DNA from: a virus
Taxonomy: Duplodnaviria; Caudoviricetes
IMG/VR virus record: IMGVR_UViG_3300017911_002211
Span: 5,433 to 69,432 of that record
Length of the DNA: 64,000 nucleotides
Reading direction: 5' to 3' (one strand)
Shown piece by piece: positions 16,744 through 27,207 of the stretch (within the stretch, counting starts at the first letter, position 1; every line of letters begins with the position of its first letter). The position numbers were made by a program, and so were the translations under genes. The notes beneath the pieces were generated by a model. The model was not told the DNA's origin. It ran no database searches and worked only from the letters and a program-made list of their open reading frames with translations.

Positions 16744-19700
16744 ATGGCTACTACACTTACAAAAACCGTCTTTAATACAACCTATAAAGATGATTTTGCT
16801 GACAGCGCAGGATTTCATAAAATATTATTTAATTCTGGTAAAGCATTACAGGCTCGTGAGTTAACGCAGCTTCAAACAATATTACAAAATCAAATACAAA
16901 GATTTGGTGATAATATATTTAAAGAAGGTGCGGTTGTTAAACCAGGTGGAGCTAACTTAAACTCACAATATGAATTTGCAAAATTAGACACTACCGTAAA
17001 CACTCTTCCTTCTGATACTTCTACAATAACAGCGGCTGCTGGTAGCGCTAATATTTTTACGGGACAAACATCAAGCATACAGGTTAAAGTTTTACAAGTT
17101 GTTGCCGCTGAAGGATCTGATCCTGACACTCTTTACATTCAGTATACTAATACTTCAGCAACTTCTGGTACAGATACTCCGAGACTGACACCTGGTGAAG
17201 ATATTACAAATGGTACTGTAACGTTAACAGTTCAGCCAACAAACACAGATGCCAATCCAGCAATTGGTGTTGGTATACTTGCAACATTAGCGTCAGGAAT
17301 ATATTATGCAAGAGGACATTTTGTTTTTACTGAAGATCAATCAAAAATTATTTCAAAATACAGTGATAATGTAACAACAAATATAGGTTTTAAAGCAGTA
17401 GAAGACGTTGTTTCCTCTATAGATGATGACAGCTTATTTGACAATCAAGGTGCCGTACCAAATTTAGCAGCGTCAGGTGCAGACAGATATAGAATTAAAC
17501 TAACAATAGTAGAAGAATCTGATGTTGATTCAGACGAGAATTTTATTCATATAGCCACTGTAAAAGAAGGCGCAATTTATAACGCAGTAGATAATAATAA
17601 CGCGTATAATATTCCTAATGAAGTTATAGCAAAAAGAATTCATGAAAATTCTGGTGATTACATTGTAAAACCATATACCGTAGATTTCTCATTAGACTCA
17701 GCTTCAACTCATTTATTGTTAAATGTGAGCGCTGGAACAGCAGTCGTGGATGGGTTTAGAGCAGACAGAAATTTTCCTACAACACTAAGAATTGAAAAGC
17801 CAACACAAACTATAACTTTAAACAATGACGTCATTGGTGTCAACTATGGAAACTCTGTAATCGTATCACCTGAAACTGATTCCGCGACACATGGTTTACC
17901 AAATATAAACGTTTTTGAAAAACTCACCTTAAAAGATGATTTAGATTTTACTGGAAATGATCTAGGAACAGTTAGAGTAAAAGCAATTAACGAAGACGGT
18001 GCAAATTTAAGATATCATTTGTTTGATTTACAATTAAATTCTGGATCTGCCTTTCGTAATGTTAAAAGTATCGGAACAAGCACCTCAAGTTATTTTAGAC
18101 CTACACTAGAAAGTTCAAAGGCAGTTTTAAAAGAAGCACAAAATAATACTTCTCTGTTTAAACTAACAAGATTCAGACCTAAAGCTTTGACAGATATATC
18201 ATTTGCTGCACAAAGAAGATTTACTGTTACATCAAACGGCTCAGGTGAAGCTAGTATAAATTTAACAGCCGCCGGAGAAACTTTTACAAATACAGATGAT
18301 TGGATTATAGCTAAAGAAGATAGTGATGTGTTTAGCGGAGCAAGCGTAAGTGGCGCTGGTGCAACGGCTGCAACAATAACTGGATTACCATTAAGTAGTA
18401 GCTTAGAAATATTAGCTTATGTAAATAAAAGTTCAGCTTCTATAAAAACAAAAACATTAGCAAATAAATCAGTTACTATTAGCGTAGATAGTGATGGAAA
18501 CGGTCTTAGAGTTGTCCCTCTTGCAACTGCCGATATTTTTGAATTAGATGAAGTTGTAAAAGAAAACGATAGTAGCGTTAATTACATCGATAGGTTCGTT
18601 TTAGACAATGGTCAACGCGATAACCATTATGGACTTGGAAGATTAATACTTAGAAGCGGTCAATCTGCACCGACATCAAATGTGCATGTTAAATTTAAAC
18701 ATTTTACACACGGTGTGTCTGGCGATTTTTTCGCAGTAAACTCATACACTGGTCAGGTAGATTACAACCGAATACCAAAATATAGATTTAGTAATGGTAC
18801 AGTTATAAATTTAAGAGACTATGCAGACTTTAGACCAGTAATGGATTCTGGTGGAGAGTTTGCAGGAGCTGCTGCCAGAGTAATTGAACAACCACAAAAC
18901 GGAACTTTAGTCACAGCCGATGCAGAATACTACTTAAGTAGAGCGTCTAAACTAGTAGTTGATAGAGAAGGTGTTATTAGACTCATCAATGGAATACCAG
19001 CATTTAATCCAGCTATACCGGAAAAACCAGATCAAACGCTAGCTCTATACGATCTTGTATTACGCGGTAATACTGATGATGATTCTGATGTTTTAGTAAC
19101 TAAGATAGAGCATAAAAGATTTACTATGAAAGATATTGCTCAACTCGAAAAAAGATTAGCAAATCTTGAAGAAGTTGCTTCACTAAGCTTACTTGAAGTC
19201 GATACCAAGCATTTACAAGTTTTAGATTCTGCAGGTAACAATAGAACAAAATCCGGATTTATAGTTGATAATTTTAATGATCATTCTAAATCTTTTACAG
19301 CAAGTGGTTATAGAGCGTCTATAGATCCTTTACAAAAAGAACTTAGACCTGGTTTTAAAGAGGATAATATAAGACTTATATATGATTCAGCATCATCCAC
19401 AAACACGATAAGAAAAGGTGATAATGTTTATATAGCTTATGACGAGACACCTTATATTAATCAAAATTTTGCTAGTAAATCTATTAAACTTAATCCGTTT
19501 GCAGTGGTAATATATGATGGTATAGCTACATTATCACCGGCATCAGATGAATGGAGAGACGTTGATAGAAGACAAGATAAAATAGTACAAGGTGGCACAA
19601 GATTATCGACCGTCAATGCTTATAACTGGAATAACTGGTCTTGGAGCTGGGGTGGAGTTTCTTTAGAAAACTTACAGGTAGGTTCTTCAACAAATATTCA

Positions 19701-20490
19701 GTCAGGCGTCGTAAACAGAGTTGTTAGTGAAGAAACCGTTTTAGATTTAGTTGAAGATAGAGTCTTACAAACTGCATTCTTACCGTTTATGAGAGCTAGA
19801 AAAGTTTTCTTTAAAGTTCAAGGATTAAGACCGAATACTCGTGTGTTTCCTTTCTTAGATGGAAATAATATATCAGACTTTACAAGATCAGAAACATTTC
19901 AATTTTATTCTGATACAGATTCAGATTTTGGAAATACACTTAAAAATACAACTGCTCATCCAGATGGCTCAAGCAACTTGACTACTGACGCTAACGGTGA
20001 TGTATCAGGATCATTCATAGTTCCTAACAACGATACTTTAAAAATAAGAATAGGTGCTAAAGAATTTAAGATAATGGATATAAGTGCTGATAATGAAAAC
20101 AATGCTGGATGTATAGCAAAAACACTTTACACGGCTACAGGCTATCTAGATACAAAAGAAGCAACTTATGCAAGTACTAGACAATTGAATGTAACCGGAG
20201 TAAATGTTGAAAATAGAGCTGTCTATCAAGGAGATGATGGTGGTAGCACTGATGATGGTAAAAGTAAAAATACAACTACTAATACCGGTAGTTGGGTTAC
20301 GGGTCCGGAAGCTTTTGGTATATCATATTCGATAGATTACAGTGACTTTTCTGGTGTTAGCGTTTCAACGGGTAATACTAACTATTCTAACGATGCAAAT
20401 GCTAGTAACGATGGTGGTAACACCGGTAACGACGGCACTGATGGTGGTTATGGCGGAGCAGACAACGATACCGATTACGGTGGAACGTAA
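16744..20490 (+). CDS. VrlC-like (DUF4815-type) large virion structural protein, N-terminal portion
   Basis: YKDDFADSAGFHKILFNSGKALQARELTQLQTILQNQI, GADRYRI, KRLANLE..SLSLLE, KSGFIVDNF. Confidence 0.8.
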   Translation: MATTLTKTVFNTTYKDDFADSAGFHKILFNSGKALQARELTQLQTILQNQIQRFGDNIFKEGAVVKPGGANLNSQYEFAKLDTTVNTLPSDTSTITAAAGSANIFTGQTSSIQVKVLQVVAAEGSDPDTLYIQYTNTSATSGTDTPRLTPGEDITNGTVTLTVQPTNTDANPAIGVGILATLASGIYYARGHFVFTEDQSKIISKYSDNVTTNIGFKAVEDVVSSIDDDSLFDNQGAVPNLAASGADRYRIKLTIVEESDVDSDENFIHIATVKEGAIYNAVDNNNAYNIPNEVIAKRIHENSGDYIVKPYTVDFSLDSASTHLLLNVSAGTAVVDGFRADRNFPTTLRIEKPTQTITLNNDVIGVNYGNSVIVSPETDSATHGLPNINVFEKLTLKDDLDFTGNDLGTVRVKAINEDGANLRYHLFDLQLNSGSAFRNVKSIGTSTSSYFRPTLESSKAVLKEAQNNTSLFKLTRFRPKALTDISFAAQRRFTVTSNGSGEASINLTAAGETFTNTDDWIIAKEDSDVFSGASVSGAGATAATITGLPLSSSLEILAYVNKSSASIKTKTLANKSVTISVDSDGNGLRVVPLATADIFELDEVVKENDSSVNYIDRFVLDNGQRDNHYGLGRLILRSGQSAPTSNVHVKFKHFTHGVSGDFFAVNSYTGQVDYNRIPKYRFSNGTVINLRDYADFRPVMDSGGEFAGAAARVIEQPQNGTLVTADAEYYLSRASKLVVDREGVIRLINGIPAFNPAIPEKPDQTLALYDLVLRGNTDDDSDVLVTKIEHKRFTMKDIAQLEKRLANLEEVASLSLLEVDTKHLQVLDSAGNNRTKSGFIVDNFNDHSKSFTASGYRASIDPLQKELRPGFKEDNIRLIYDSASSTNTIRKGDNVYIAYDETPYINQNFASKSIKLNPFAVVIYDGIATLSPASDEWRDVDRRQDKIVQGGTRLSTVNAYNWNNWSWSWGGVSLENLQVGSSTNIQSGVVNRVVSEETVLDLVEDRVLQTAFLPFMRARKVFFKVQGLRPNTRVFPFLDGNNISDFTRSETFQFYSDTDSDFGNTLKNTTAHPDGSSNLTTDANGDVSGSFIVPNNDTLKIRIGAKEFKIMDISADNENNAGCIAKTLYTATGYLDTKEATYASTRQLNVTGVNVENRAVYQGDDGGSTDDGKSKNTTTNTGSWVTGPEAFGISYSIDYSDFSGVSVSTGNTNYSNDANASNDGGNTGNDGTDGGYGGADNDTDYGGT

Positions 20491-20508
20491 AATTTTAGGA
20501 GATATAAC

Positions 20509-22080
20509 ATGGCAGTAACTTCATTAGGTTACAGAGCAAATAAACAACCAATAGCTCAATCGTTTTACATTGATGAGCCTAATGGAATATATTGTACAAA
20601 AATTGATTTATTTTTTGCTGCAAAAGATAGTACCTTACCAGTGCAAATACACTTAAGACCAATGGTTCAAGGATTTCCGTCATCAAGTCAGATAATCCCG
20701 GGATCACAGGTTTCACTAGCAAGCTCTAGCGTAAATGTTGACACAACCGGACCAGATTTAACTGCAACTTCGTTTACATTCGATGAACCTATTTTTTTAA
20801 AAGGTAAAGAAGATTATGCTCTTGTGGTAACAGCAGATTCTAAAGATTATGAGATATACATAGCAGAAATTAATGAATTTACTTTTGGTTCTACCGAAAG
20901 AAGAGTTAATAAAAACCCAGTTTCTGGAAGTTTATTTTATTCTCAAAATTCAGCTACTTTCACACCAGCACAAAATCAAGATTTAGCCTTTGTTCTTCAT
21001 CAAGCAAAATTTAAACATACTACTGCGAATATTATTTTACATAATGCTTCAGTTTCAAAAAGAAAATTAAATAATAATGCATTAACAACAACTGAATCAA
21101 GTCAAACTGTTACAGTTCAGCACTTAAATCATGGTTTAGAAGTTGGTAATACAGTTACTATAACTGGAGCCACCGCAACCGGAGGAATATCTGCATCTTC
21201 AATAAATGGAGCTAGAACAATTGTTGCTAGAGATTTCACTGGATACACCTTTAGTGCAGATTCTGCAGCAGATTCTGATGCCATAGGCGGAGGCGACAAT
21301 ATACAAGCTGATAGAAATATACCATACAGCTTAGCGTATCCAAATATTCAAATATTAAAACCTAAAGATACTTTTATTGATGCTGGAATGAAAGCCACGA
21401 CTGGAAAATCATTTGCAGGTAGTGAAACGGCATTTCAAAAATCATCTACATTTGAAGGAATCCAAATAAATCAAAATAATGCTGCATCAAAAGTTTATTT
21501 GATCGCTCATGATTCTGCTGAAACTGCAGAGTTAGGAGCAGGCGTAAAATCACTCGACGTTCAACTAAATCTTAGTACTGATGATTCCAACGTTTCTCCG
21601 ATGTTAGATTTACAAAGAACATCAATGTCATTATTTAGTACAATTATTGATAAACAAGACTCATCATCTTCGGTTGGTTTTAACGTTCCGCTTAATTTTG
21701 TTAATGAAACATCTGCTAGTATTGGAAGCTCAGCAGCAAGGCATGTCACAAATGTATATAATTTAGCAAATGATGCTGTAGGTATCAAAGTATTGATTGA
21801 TGCTAATATTCCAGATGCAGCAGATTTTCAATTATATTTTAGAACCGCAACATCTGATGAAAATATTTTTACTAAAAATTTTACATTCCAACCTTCAGAA
21901 AATATTTTACCAAAAGACAACAACCCGAATGTATTTAGACAGTATGAATATTTAATCGGTGGTCAAGGCGGTACGCTAACTGCCTTTACAAAGTTTCAAT
22001 TAAAAATAGTAATGAGAAGTACGAATCAGGCCATAGTTCCTAGATTTAGAGCACTTAGAATAATAGCGTTGAGTGTATAA
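20509..22080 (+). CDS. VrlC-like protein C-terminal portion encoded as a separate gene
   Basis: PIAQSFYIDEPNGIYCTKIDLFFAAKD..LPV, GSLFYSQNSATFTPAQNQDL.F, FTKFQLKIVM...VPRFRALRIIAL; own AGGAGA Shine-Dalgarno. Confidence 0.75.
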   Translation: MAVTSLGYRANKQPIAQSFYIDEPNGIYCTKIDLFFAAKDSTLPVQIHLRPMVQGFPSSSQIIPGSQVSLASSSVNVDTTGPDLTATSFTFDEPIFLKGKEDYALVVTADSKDYEIYIAEINEFTFGSTERRVNKNPVSGSLFYSQNSATFTPAQNQDLAFVLHQAKFKHTTANIILHNASVSKRKLNNNALTTTESSQTVTVQHLNHGLEVGNTVTITGATATGGISASSINGARTIVARDFTGYTFSADSAADSDAIGGGDNIQADRNIPYSLAYPNIQILKPKDTFIDAGMKATTGKSFAGSETAFQKSSTFEGIQINQNNAASKVYLIAHDSAETAELGAGVKSLDVQLNLSTDDSNVSPMLDLQRTSMSLFSTIIDKQDSSSSVGFNVPLNFVNETSASIGSSAARHVTNVYNLANDAVGIKVLIDANIPDAADFQLYFRTATSDENIFTKNFTFQPSENILPKDNNPNVFRQYEYLIGGQGGTLTAFTKFQLKIVMRSTNQAIVPRFRALRIIALSV

Positions 22081-22289
22081 TGACTTTACTTAAAGTTAAA
22101 GGTCACAATGGGTATTTGAAAGACACAAGCAGTGGCATGATACATAATAACAATGTTAGCGAAATTGAGGCAGCTCGTATGAGAAAGGCTCAGAAAAAAC
22201 AACAAGAAGAGGATATAAATAACCTTAAGAATGAAGTCGGTGACATTAAAGAAATGTTAACAAAAATCATAGAGAAATTAAATGGCTAA
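22080..22289 (+). CDS. Small conserved T4-like protein with a C-terminal coiled coil
   Basis: KVKGHNGYLKD..SGMIHN then DINNLKNEVGDIKEMLTKI; translationally coupled on both sides. Confidence 0.6.
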   Translation: MTLLKVKGHNGYLKDTSSGMIHNNNVSEIEAARMRKAQKKQQEEDINNLKNEVGDIKEMLTKIIEKLNG

Positions 22290-22995
22290 AACTATAATAA
22301 ATTTATCTGATCCGGTATCAACGTTAGTTAGTAAAACTAACACAATATCAAGTCATCTTGGTGATATATCACAATTAAATGTTGGAGCTTCAAACGATTC
22401 TGATATAGTACAAGCAATAAATTATATAAATTCTAATAATACAGACTCAGCAACCATTAGCGCTCTTATTGATTCAGCGTACGTACAAGCAAGAGAAACT
22501 GGCATTACGTTATCAGGCGTTGTATCAGTTTTTCAAAAAGATAGTGCAAACGGTATTGGACTAGATTCTTCTGAAGGTCGATTCTTTGTTCCACCTAATA
22601 CTATTAATACTTCCATGATTGAAAATTCTGCCATTACGGCAGACAAATTGGCAGGTGACGCTGTAACTTCAGCAAAAATTGCAGATGATCAAATTAATAG
22701 TCAGCATTATGTTGATGGTTCTATCGATACGGCTCATATTGCTGATGCTCAAATAACACTTGAAAAAATTGCTGATAGCGCAATTGATTCTGATAGACTT
22801 ACTACAGATGCAGTTTCTACCATTAAAATTCAAGATGACGCTGTAACTTCAGCAAAAATTGCTGATGATACCGTAGCTGAAGCAAATATGGCTGATGATG
22901 CAATTGGATCTGCGCAGTTAAAATCATTGTCAACTTTACAAATTAAAAATTCATCAGGAACTGTACTTAAGACGATACATGGCGCAGGTGCTTAA
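22282..22995 (+). CDS. Fibre-like virion protein with ~10-residue (A/V)xxxKIADx repeats
   Basis: Repeated AVTSAKIADD / ITLEKIADS / ITADKLAGD units; one IDSAYVQARE motif. Confidence 0.6.
   Translation: MAKTIINLSDPVSTLVSKTNTISSHLGDISQLNVGASNDSDIVQAINYINSNNTDSATISALIDSAYVQARETGITLSGVVSVFQKDSANGIGLDSSEGRFFVPPNTINTSMIENSAITADKLAGDAVTSAKIADDQINSQHYVDGSIDTAHIADAQITLEKIADSAIDSDRLTTDAVSTIKIQDDAVTSAKIADDTVAEANMADDAIGSAQLKSLSTLQIKNSSGTVLKTIHGAGA
22630..22920 (+). repeat. In-frame tandem 30-nt (10-aa) degenerate repeats
   Basis: gacgctgtaacttcagcaaaaattgc occurs near 22657 and again near 22837; about 9-10 degenerate units; boundaries approximate. Confidence 0.7.
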
Positions 22996-22997
22996 TA

Positions 22998-23927
22998 ATG
23001 ACTGCCAGAAATCCTCTATATTGGAATGGAAGCGAACTTCAAGAAATGTCTTCCTCCATGATTACAGAAATAGTAAATAGATGTTTATATGTTTATGCTG
23101 GTAGTCCAACTGTTACGTTAAGTCAAGTTGGAAGTAGCGGTAATATATCTCCTAGTATGACTGACACTAGAAAAAAGGCTGGAGCGTATAGTACTAGAGT
23201 AGATAGATTTCCAACTGAAGGAGAAACTGCAGAGCCAGGAACTGTGACAGTAACTTATGATAGAATCAGTCAAACGACTGCCACGGTGAGCCAACCAACA
23301 GATACTAACAGTAAACTATATCCAGCGTATTATGATGGAAGCGGTGCCATTCAAGCTATGACTGCTACGGACGTCTTTGATACTTTTATTTCTACTGCCA
23401 TTGGATTGCTAGTAGATGGAAGTGATAGAGGAGGAACCTTTAGAATACACACATCAACTTCTTTATCAAGTCATACGTTACAATCAAGTACTCCTGTTTT
23501 TAGTGACACTCGTGCAAACACTGGAGCCTATACAGCAGGCGGAATTCCGGAAACACTTGATCAGCCAACTACCATAACAAATTATTATTTGTTTAAAACA
23601 AATCAAAGTTCAAGTGGACCTTCATTTACATCGCCAGTACAAATAAATAGTGATAACGATTTACAAGAATATACTACAGCAAATTTTGATGCCATGTTGT
23701 TAGCAGAAATAAGATATCATACCGTAAACACCGTAGGATCAAGAATAAGTTATAATGTTAACGGCAGCGGAAATAATAGAGGTTCAGCGATGGTTAATAC
23801 TATATTAAATGGTGGTGGTAATTACCAGCAAAGATTTGTTAATGCCAATGATTATCGTGCACAAGAATTTCCAAATGGTACTGCAGTTACTGCTAACACA
23901 TATAATTTAAGAATAAACAGGAGTTAA
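22998..23927 (+). CDS. Putative virion structural protein
   Basis: S/T/G-rich, internal duplication (P.Y.DG.G.IQ.MT..D..D), within the late operon. Confidence 0.5.
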   Translation: MTARNPLYWNGSELQEMSSSMITEIVNRCLYVYAGSPTVTLSQVGSSGNISPSMTDTRKKAGAYSTRVDRFPTEGETAEPGTVTVTYDRISQTTATVSQPTDTNSKLYPAYYDGSGAIQAMTATDVFDTFISTAIGLLVDGSDRGGTFRIHTSTSLSSHTLQSSTPVFSDTRANTGAYTAGGIPETLDQPTTITNYYLFKTNQSSSGPSFTSPVQINSDNDLQEYTTANFDAMLLAEIRYHTVNTVGSRISYNVNGSGNNRGSAMVNTILNGGGNYQQRFVNANDYRAQEFPNGTAVTANTYNLRINRS

Positions 23928-23929
23928 TA

Positions 23930-24421
23930 ATGGCAATACCAGGACATGATTTTTTATCAGCTCATTTTTGTAATAATGAAAGAACTATGGTTGAAGCGTA
24001 TTGGATAACGCCTGATGGAAAAGAAACAAGAGTTGAATACATTGAGGCTAAAGACGGTGATGTTAATTGGGAAAATTTATTAACTCATATTGATATTGAT
24101 ACTTTACACGAAGCCACTTATCAAGAAATAAAACAACAAAATATAGCTTTTGAAGATCAAGTTATAAAACTGGCTAAAAGTCGAGGAATGATATATGACG
24201 TTGACGAATTAAGTGGTGATGTTCACAAGGTTGTTGCACAAGTTTTATTTACTCCTTTTGATGAAATTCAAGATAAAGAAAAATTATTTCTTTATAAACT
24301 ACAACTATTTGAAGTTGAAGCAATTAAAAAATCAAATAGCTCAGCAAAAAAGAAAAGATTAAGACAAGCGAAAACTATTCTTGAAGCTACAAAAATAGCC
24401 ATTAATATCGTAGAATCATAA
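23930..24421 (+). CDS. Hypothetical protein (possible fibre assembly factor)
   Basis: Charged composition unlike neighbouring virion proteins; last gene of the operon; 3' end overlaps the convergent radical SAM gene. Confidence 0.45.
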   Translation: MAIPGHDFLSAHFCNNERTMVEAYWITPDGKETRVEYIEAKDGDVNWENLLTHIDIDTLHEATYQEIKQQNIAFEDQVIKLAKSRGMIYDVDELSGDVHKVVAQVLFTPFDEIQDKEKLFLYKLQLFEVEAIKKSNSSAKKKRLRQAKTILEATKIAINIVES

Positions 24422-25549
24422 AGAATTTATTAGCCTAAGTTGGCCTTTTTGTGTGCTTTTAGTGCATTGACGTATACATTGTCCTGCTGGATTATCTGAT
24501 TCTATTACATAAGGTAATTCTTTCCACCAGTCATTATTTAAAATATCTTCTATATCGGTCTCATAAATGTTATTATTGTAATTATAATATTTTTCTATAA
24601 ATTTATGATGCTTAATAAAATAATCTTTATTCATTATTGAAGCATTACCAAAGAAACAACATGGCCATACATTACCATCAAAATTAATATTCAATGAATT
24701 TGTCAAAGCCCAACCACATGTAGGTTTTTCAGTTTTTTCATTTATAGTGCCTCTTGATATAAGAGCACCTTCTTTTTTAAAACTATTTCTCCATTCATCT
24801 GTTACTCTGTGTAACGCTAATTTTTTATTATTTTCATCATAGAAGTGATATGTGTCTTCATCTTTACTTTGTCTACTATGAAATCTATCGCTAATTACTG
24901 ACGAGTGTCTTTCAGAACCGTGTAATTTACAAAGATTTTCAATTTGTTTTAAGTGCTCTTGGTTATGTTTAAACAGTACCGTTTGAGTCTGTACTGATAC
25001 ATAATCTTTAAATTCAGAAGCAACTTTCATATGATTTAAAATTTTTTGCAAATTAGTATTTCTTCTATATAAACTATGCATTTCTTGATTTATTCCATCA
25101 ATATCAAATGTGATACGTAATCTTCTTTTACCGAATTTTGACTTATATTTTACAGCTTGAGCGCACATTTTCCACCAATACATTTCGTTTCTCATACTTC
25201 CATTTGTATTCACTGAAACTGTGACGTTTCTATCTGAACTTAAAAAATGTATAATTATTTCAGATGCGTGTTTATGCATCATATGATCACCCCATGTAGG
25301 ACACAATTGTATATCTTGACATTTTTTTAAAACTTCAGAAGTAAAAGCTTTTTTAATTTTTTCTAATGGAACATGTATTAAAGGCAAGTTTTTAGTAACT
25401 TTACCTTGAAATGACAGTTTTGCGCCTTCACTAGAATTGGTTCTATGGCATTGTGGACACTTTGCATTACAATACGTTGTCGTGTCAAGAACAATGTTAT
25501 AAGGTTTTTTCCAAAATTTAAATCTACTTGAGTCTGGGTATTGTTTCAT
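24416..25549 (-). CDS. Radical SAM enzyme with a SPASM/twitch-type auxiliary domain
   Basis: CNAKCPQC (CxxxCxxC), NTNGS, FDIDG, C-terminal CGW...NINFDGNVWPCCF...CIRQC. Confidence 0.9.
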   Translation of the reverse strand: MKQYPDSSRFKFWKKPYNIVLDTTTYCNAKCPQCHRTNSSEGAKLSFQGKVTKNLPLIHVPLEKIKKAFTSEVLKKCQDIQLCPTWGDHMMHKHASEIIIHFLSSDRNVTVSVNTNGSMRNEMYWWKMCAQAVKYKSKFGKRRLRITFDIDGINQEMHSLYRRNTNLQKILNHMKVASEFKDYVSVQTQTVLFKHNQEHLKQIENLCKLHGSERHSSVISDRFHSRQSKDEDTYHFYDENNKKLALHRVTDEWRNSFKKEGALISRGTINEKTEKPTCGWALTNSLNINFDGNVWPCCFFGNASIMNKDYFIKHHKFIEKYYNYNNNIYETDIEDILNNDWWKELPYVIESDNPAGQCIRQCTKSTQKGQLRLINSL

Positions 25550-26330
25550 GAAAATCTTTATTCACTTGATGTATCAAGTGAGCTCCTGGTGTAAAGTTTG
25601 AAACAATGTGATCTAAAATATAATTCCATTGTATTCCTATATTGTTAAAGTCTATATTAAATTTTTCTAATAAAAACGAAAAATATATTTCATTATTCCT
25701 TATCCAATTTTTAGAATAAACGTCTGGATATAACGTATCATGTTTTGCTTCTATTAAAGTTTTTTCCATCATTTTCATATTTTCAGAAAAATTGAGAGTT
25801 TCTGCTGCTTTTTTGTTTCCGCCAAAAACTCCTGTGTTGCATATTTCGTCATTTCCATTTATATCATGAAGAAGCAACATGGCTTTTTTAGCAGCCATTT
25901 TTGAATACCTATTCATAGAATTTACTAATAAATTCTCTTTTGTACACTTAATTAAATATTCTTTATGAGGTTTGGATCCCATATATTCCATATCTATAAC
26001 GTAACTATATATTGATATTTTGTTTAGATCAAACGTTTCGAATATATTTTGATCAGTAATCGGTATTACGTCTAAATCAAAATAAACAACTTTGTCGTAA
26101 TAATTTGTCAATTCTTCAAATTTAAATATTTTATAGAATTGAACGTTTGCATAATCTGTAACAGGCGAAATAAAAACTTCATAGTCTGCATTACAATCAA
26201 ATGCATATTGTTTTTGTAATTCTATAAGTTTATTTTTATATTTTTTCCATGATTGCTTTTTGTAGTCGTTAACCGAGATGTGTTCTTCAGTTAAATCTGA
26301 CCAAACACTATAAATTATTTTTTTTGACAT
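25524..26330 (-). CDS. Glycosyltransferase-like protein (GT-A fold, DxD)
   Basis: YDKVVYFDLDVIP, NTGVF, NEIYFSF, QWNY, LIHQV; paralogous to the neighbour. Confidence 0.7.
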   Translation of the reverse strand: MSKKIIYSVWSDLTEEHISVNDYKKQSWKKYKNKLIELQKQYAFDCNADYEVFISPVTDYANVQFYKIFKFEELTNYYDKVVYFDLDVIPITDQNIFETFDLNKISIYSYVIDMEYMGSKPHKEYLIKCTKENLLVNSMNRYSKMAAKKAMLLLHDINGNDEICNTGVFGGNKKAAETLNFSENMKMMEKTLIEAKHDTLYPDVYSKNWIRNNEIYFSFLLEKFNIDFNNIGIQWNYILDHIVSNFTPGAHLIHQVNKDFHETIPRLK

Positions 26331-27207
26331 GCTTCTTTACATATTTAAAATTTTTGTTAATGGCATGTATCATTTTACTTTCTTTAGGAATATAATTTAA
26401 AAGTCCTCTATACGTAAAATGCCATTGATCGTCTAATTCTATTAAATTAACATTGTTGCTTTTCATTTTAAAGCTAAATAAAGTTTCATTGTCAAAACCA
26501 AAACAATTTTGTAGAAATTTAGGCCAAAAACTTTCTTCATGTTTTAATTTATGCATTAACTTTAGATCTTCTTCGAAGGCACCAAAATAGTTTAACTTGT
26601 ATAAATTATATTTATTTGCTAAAATGATTCCTGTATTGTATACATCGTTATTTCCATTATAGCCTTTATCAATCAAGAGAGCTCTGCAGTTCCAATATTT
26701 TGCTACAGGATCTCTTTCTGAAAAAGTAATATTTGTTTCTTCAAAGAATTTTTCTCTATCTTTAATGATCTTTGGTGAAGTAAGTATCGCGTAATATTCT
26801 GGATTTCTTTCATGATTAATCTTACAGGCTATTCCTTTTTTAACATTAATTTCTTCAAAAATATTGTCTTTTGTTGCTGGAATCACATCAAAATCTAAAT
26901 ATAATACTTCATCATATGTTTTACACAAATCATACATAATGTGTATTTTATAAAAATTAATTACGTTATATTGTGAAATAAATGGATATTTTTTTACAAA
27001 TTGTGTTTTGTATTCTTTCCATTTATCATCATTTTCATATAAAATGTATGGAATTTTTAAATGTTTTGCATATTCTTCTTGTCTTTTTTTTAAGAAAAAA
27101 TAATTATTTTGAAATTCATTTTTATTTCTAATATTTTTTTCAAAATCTATATTTTTTTCAAAATCGTTTTCATCAAATTGAATATAAACACTAAATATTA
27201 CTCTCAT
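26308..27207 (-). CDS. Glycosyltransferase-like protein (GT-A fold, DxD)
   Basis: YDEVLYLDFDVIP, YNTGIIL, DNETLFSF, QWHF, MIHAI. Confidence 0.72.
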   Translation of the reverse strand: MRVIFSVYIQFDENDFEKNIDFEKNIRNKNEFQNNYFFLKKRQEEYAKHLKIPYILYENDDKWKEYKTQFVKKYPFISQYNVINFYKIHIMYDLCKTYDEVLYLDFDVIPATKDNIFEEINVKKGIACKINHERNPEYYAILTSPKIIKDREKFFEETNITFSERDPVAKYWNCRALLIDKGYNGNNDVYNTGIILANKYNLYKLNYFGAFEEDLKLMHKLKHEESFWPKFLQNCFGFDNETLFSFKMKSNNVNLIELDDQWHFTYRGLLNYIPKESKMIHAINKNFKYVKKHVKKNNL

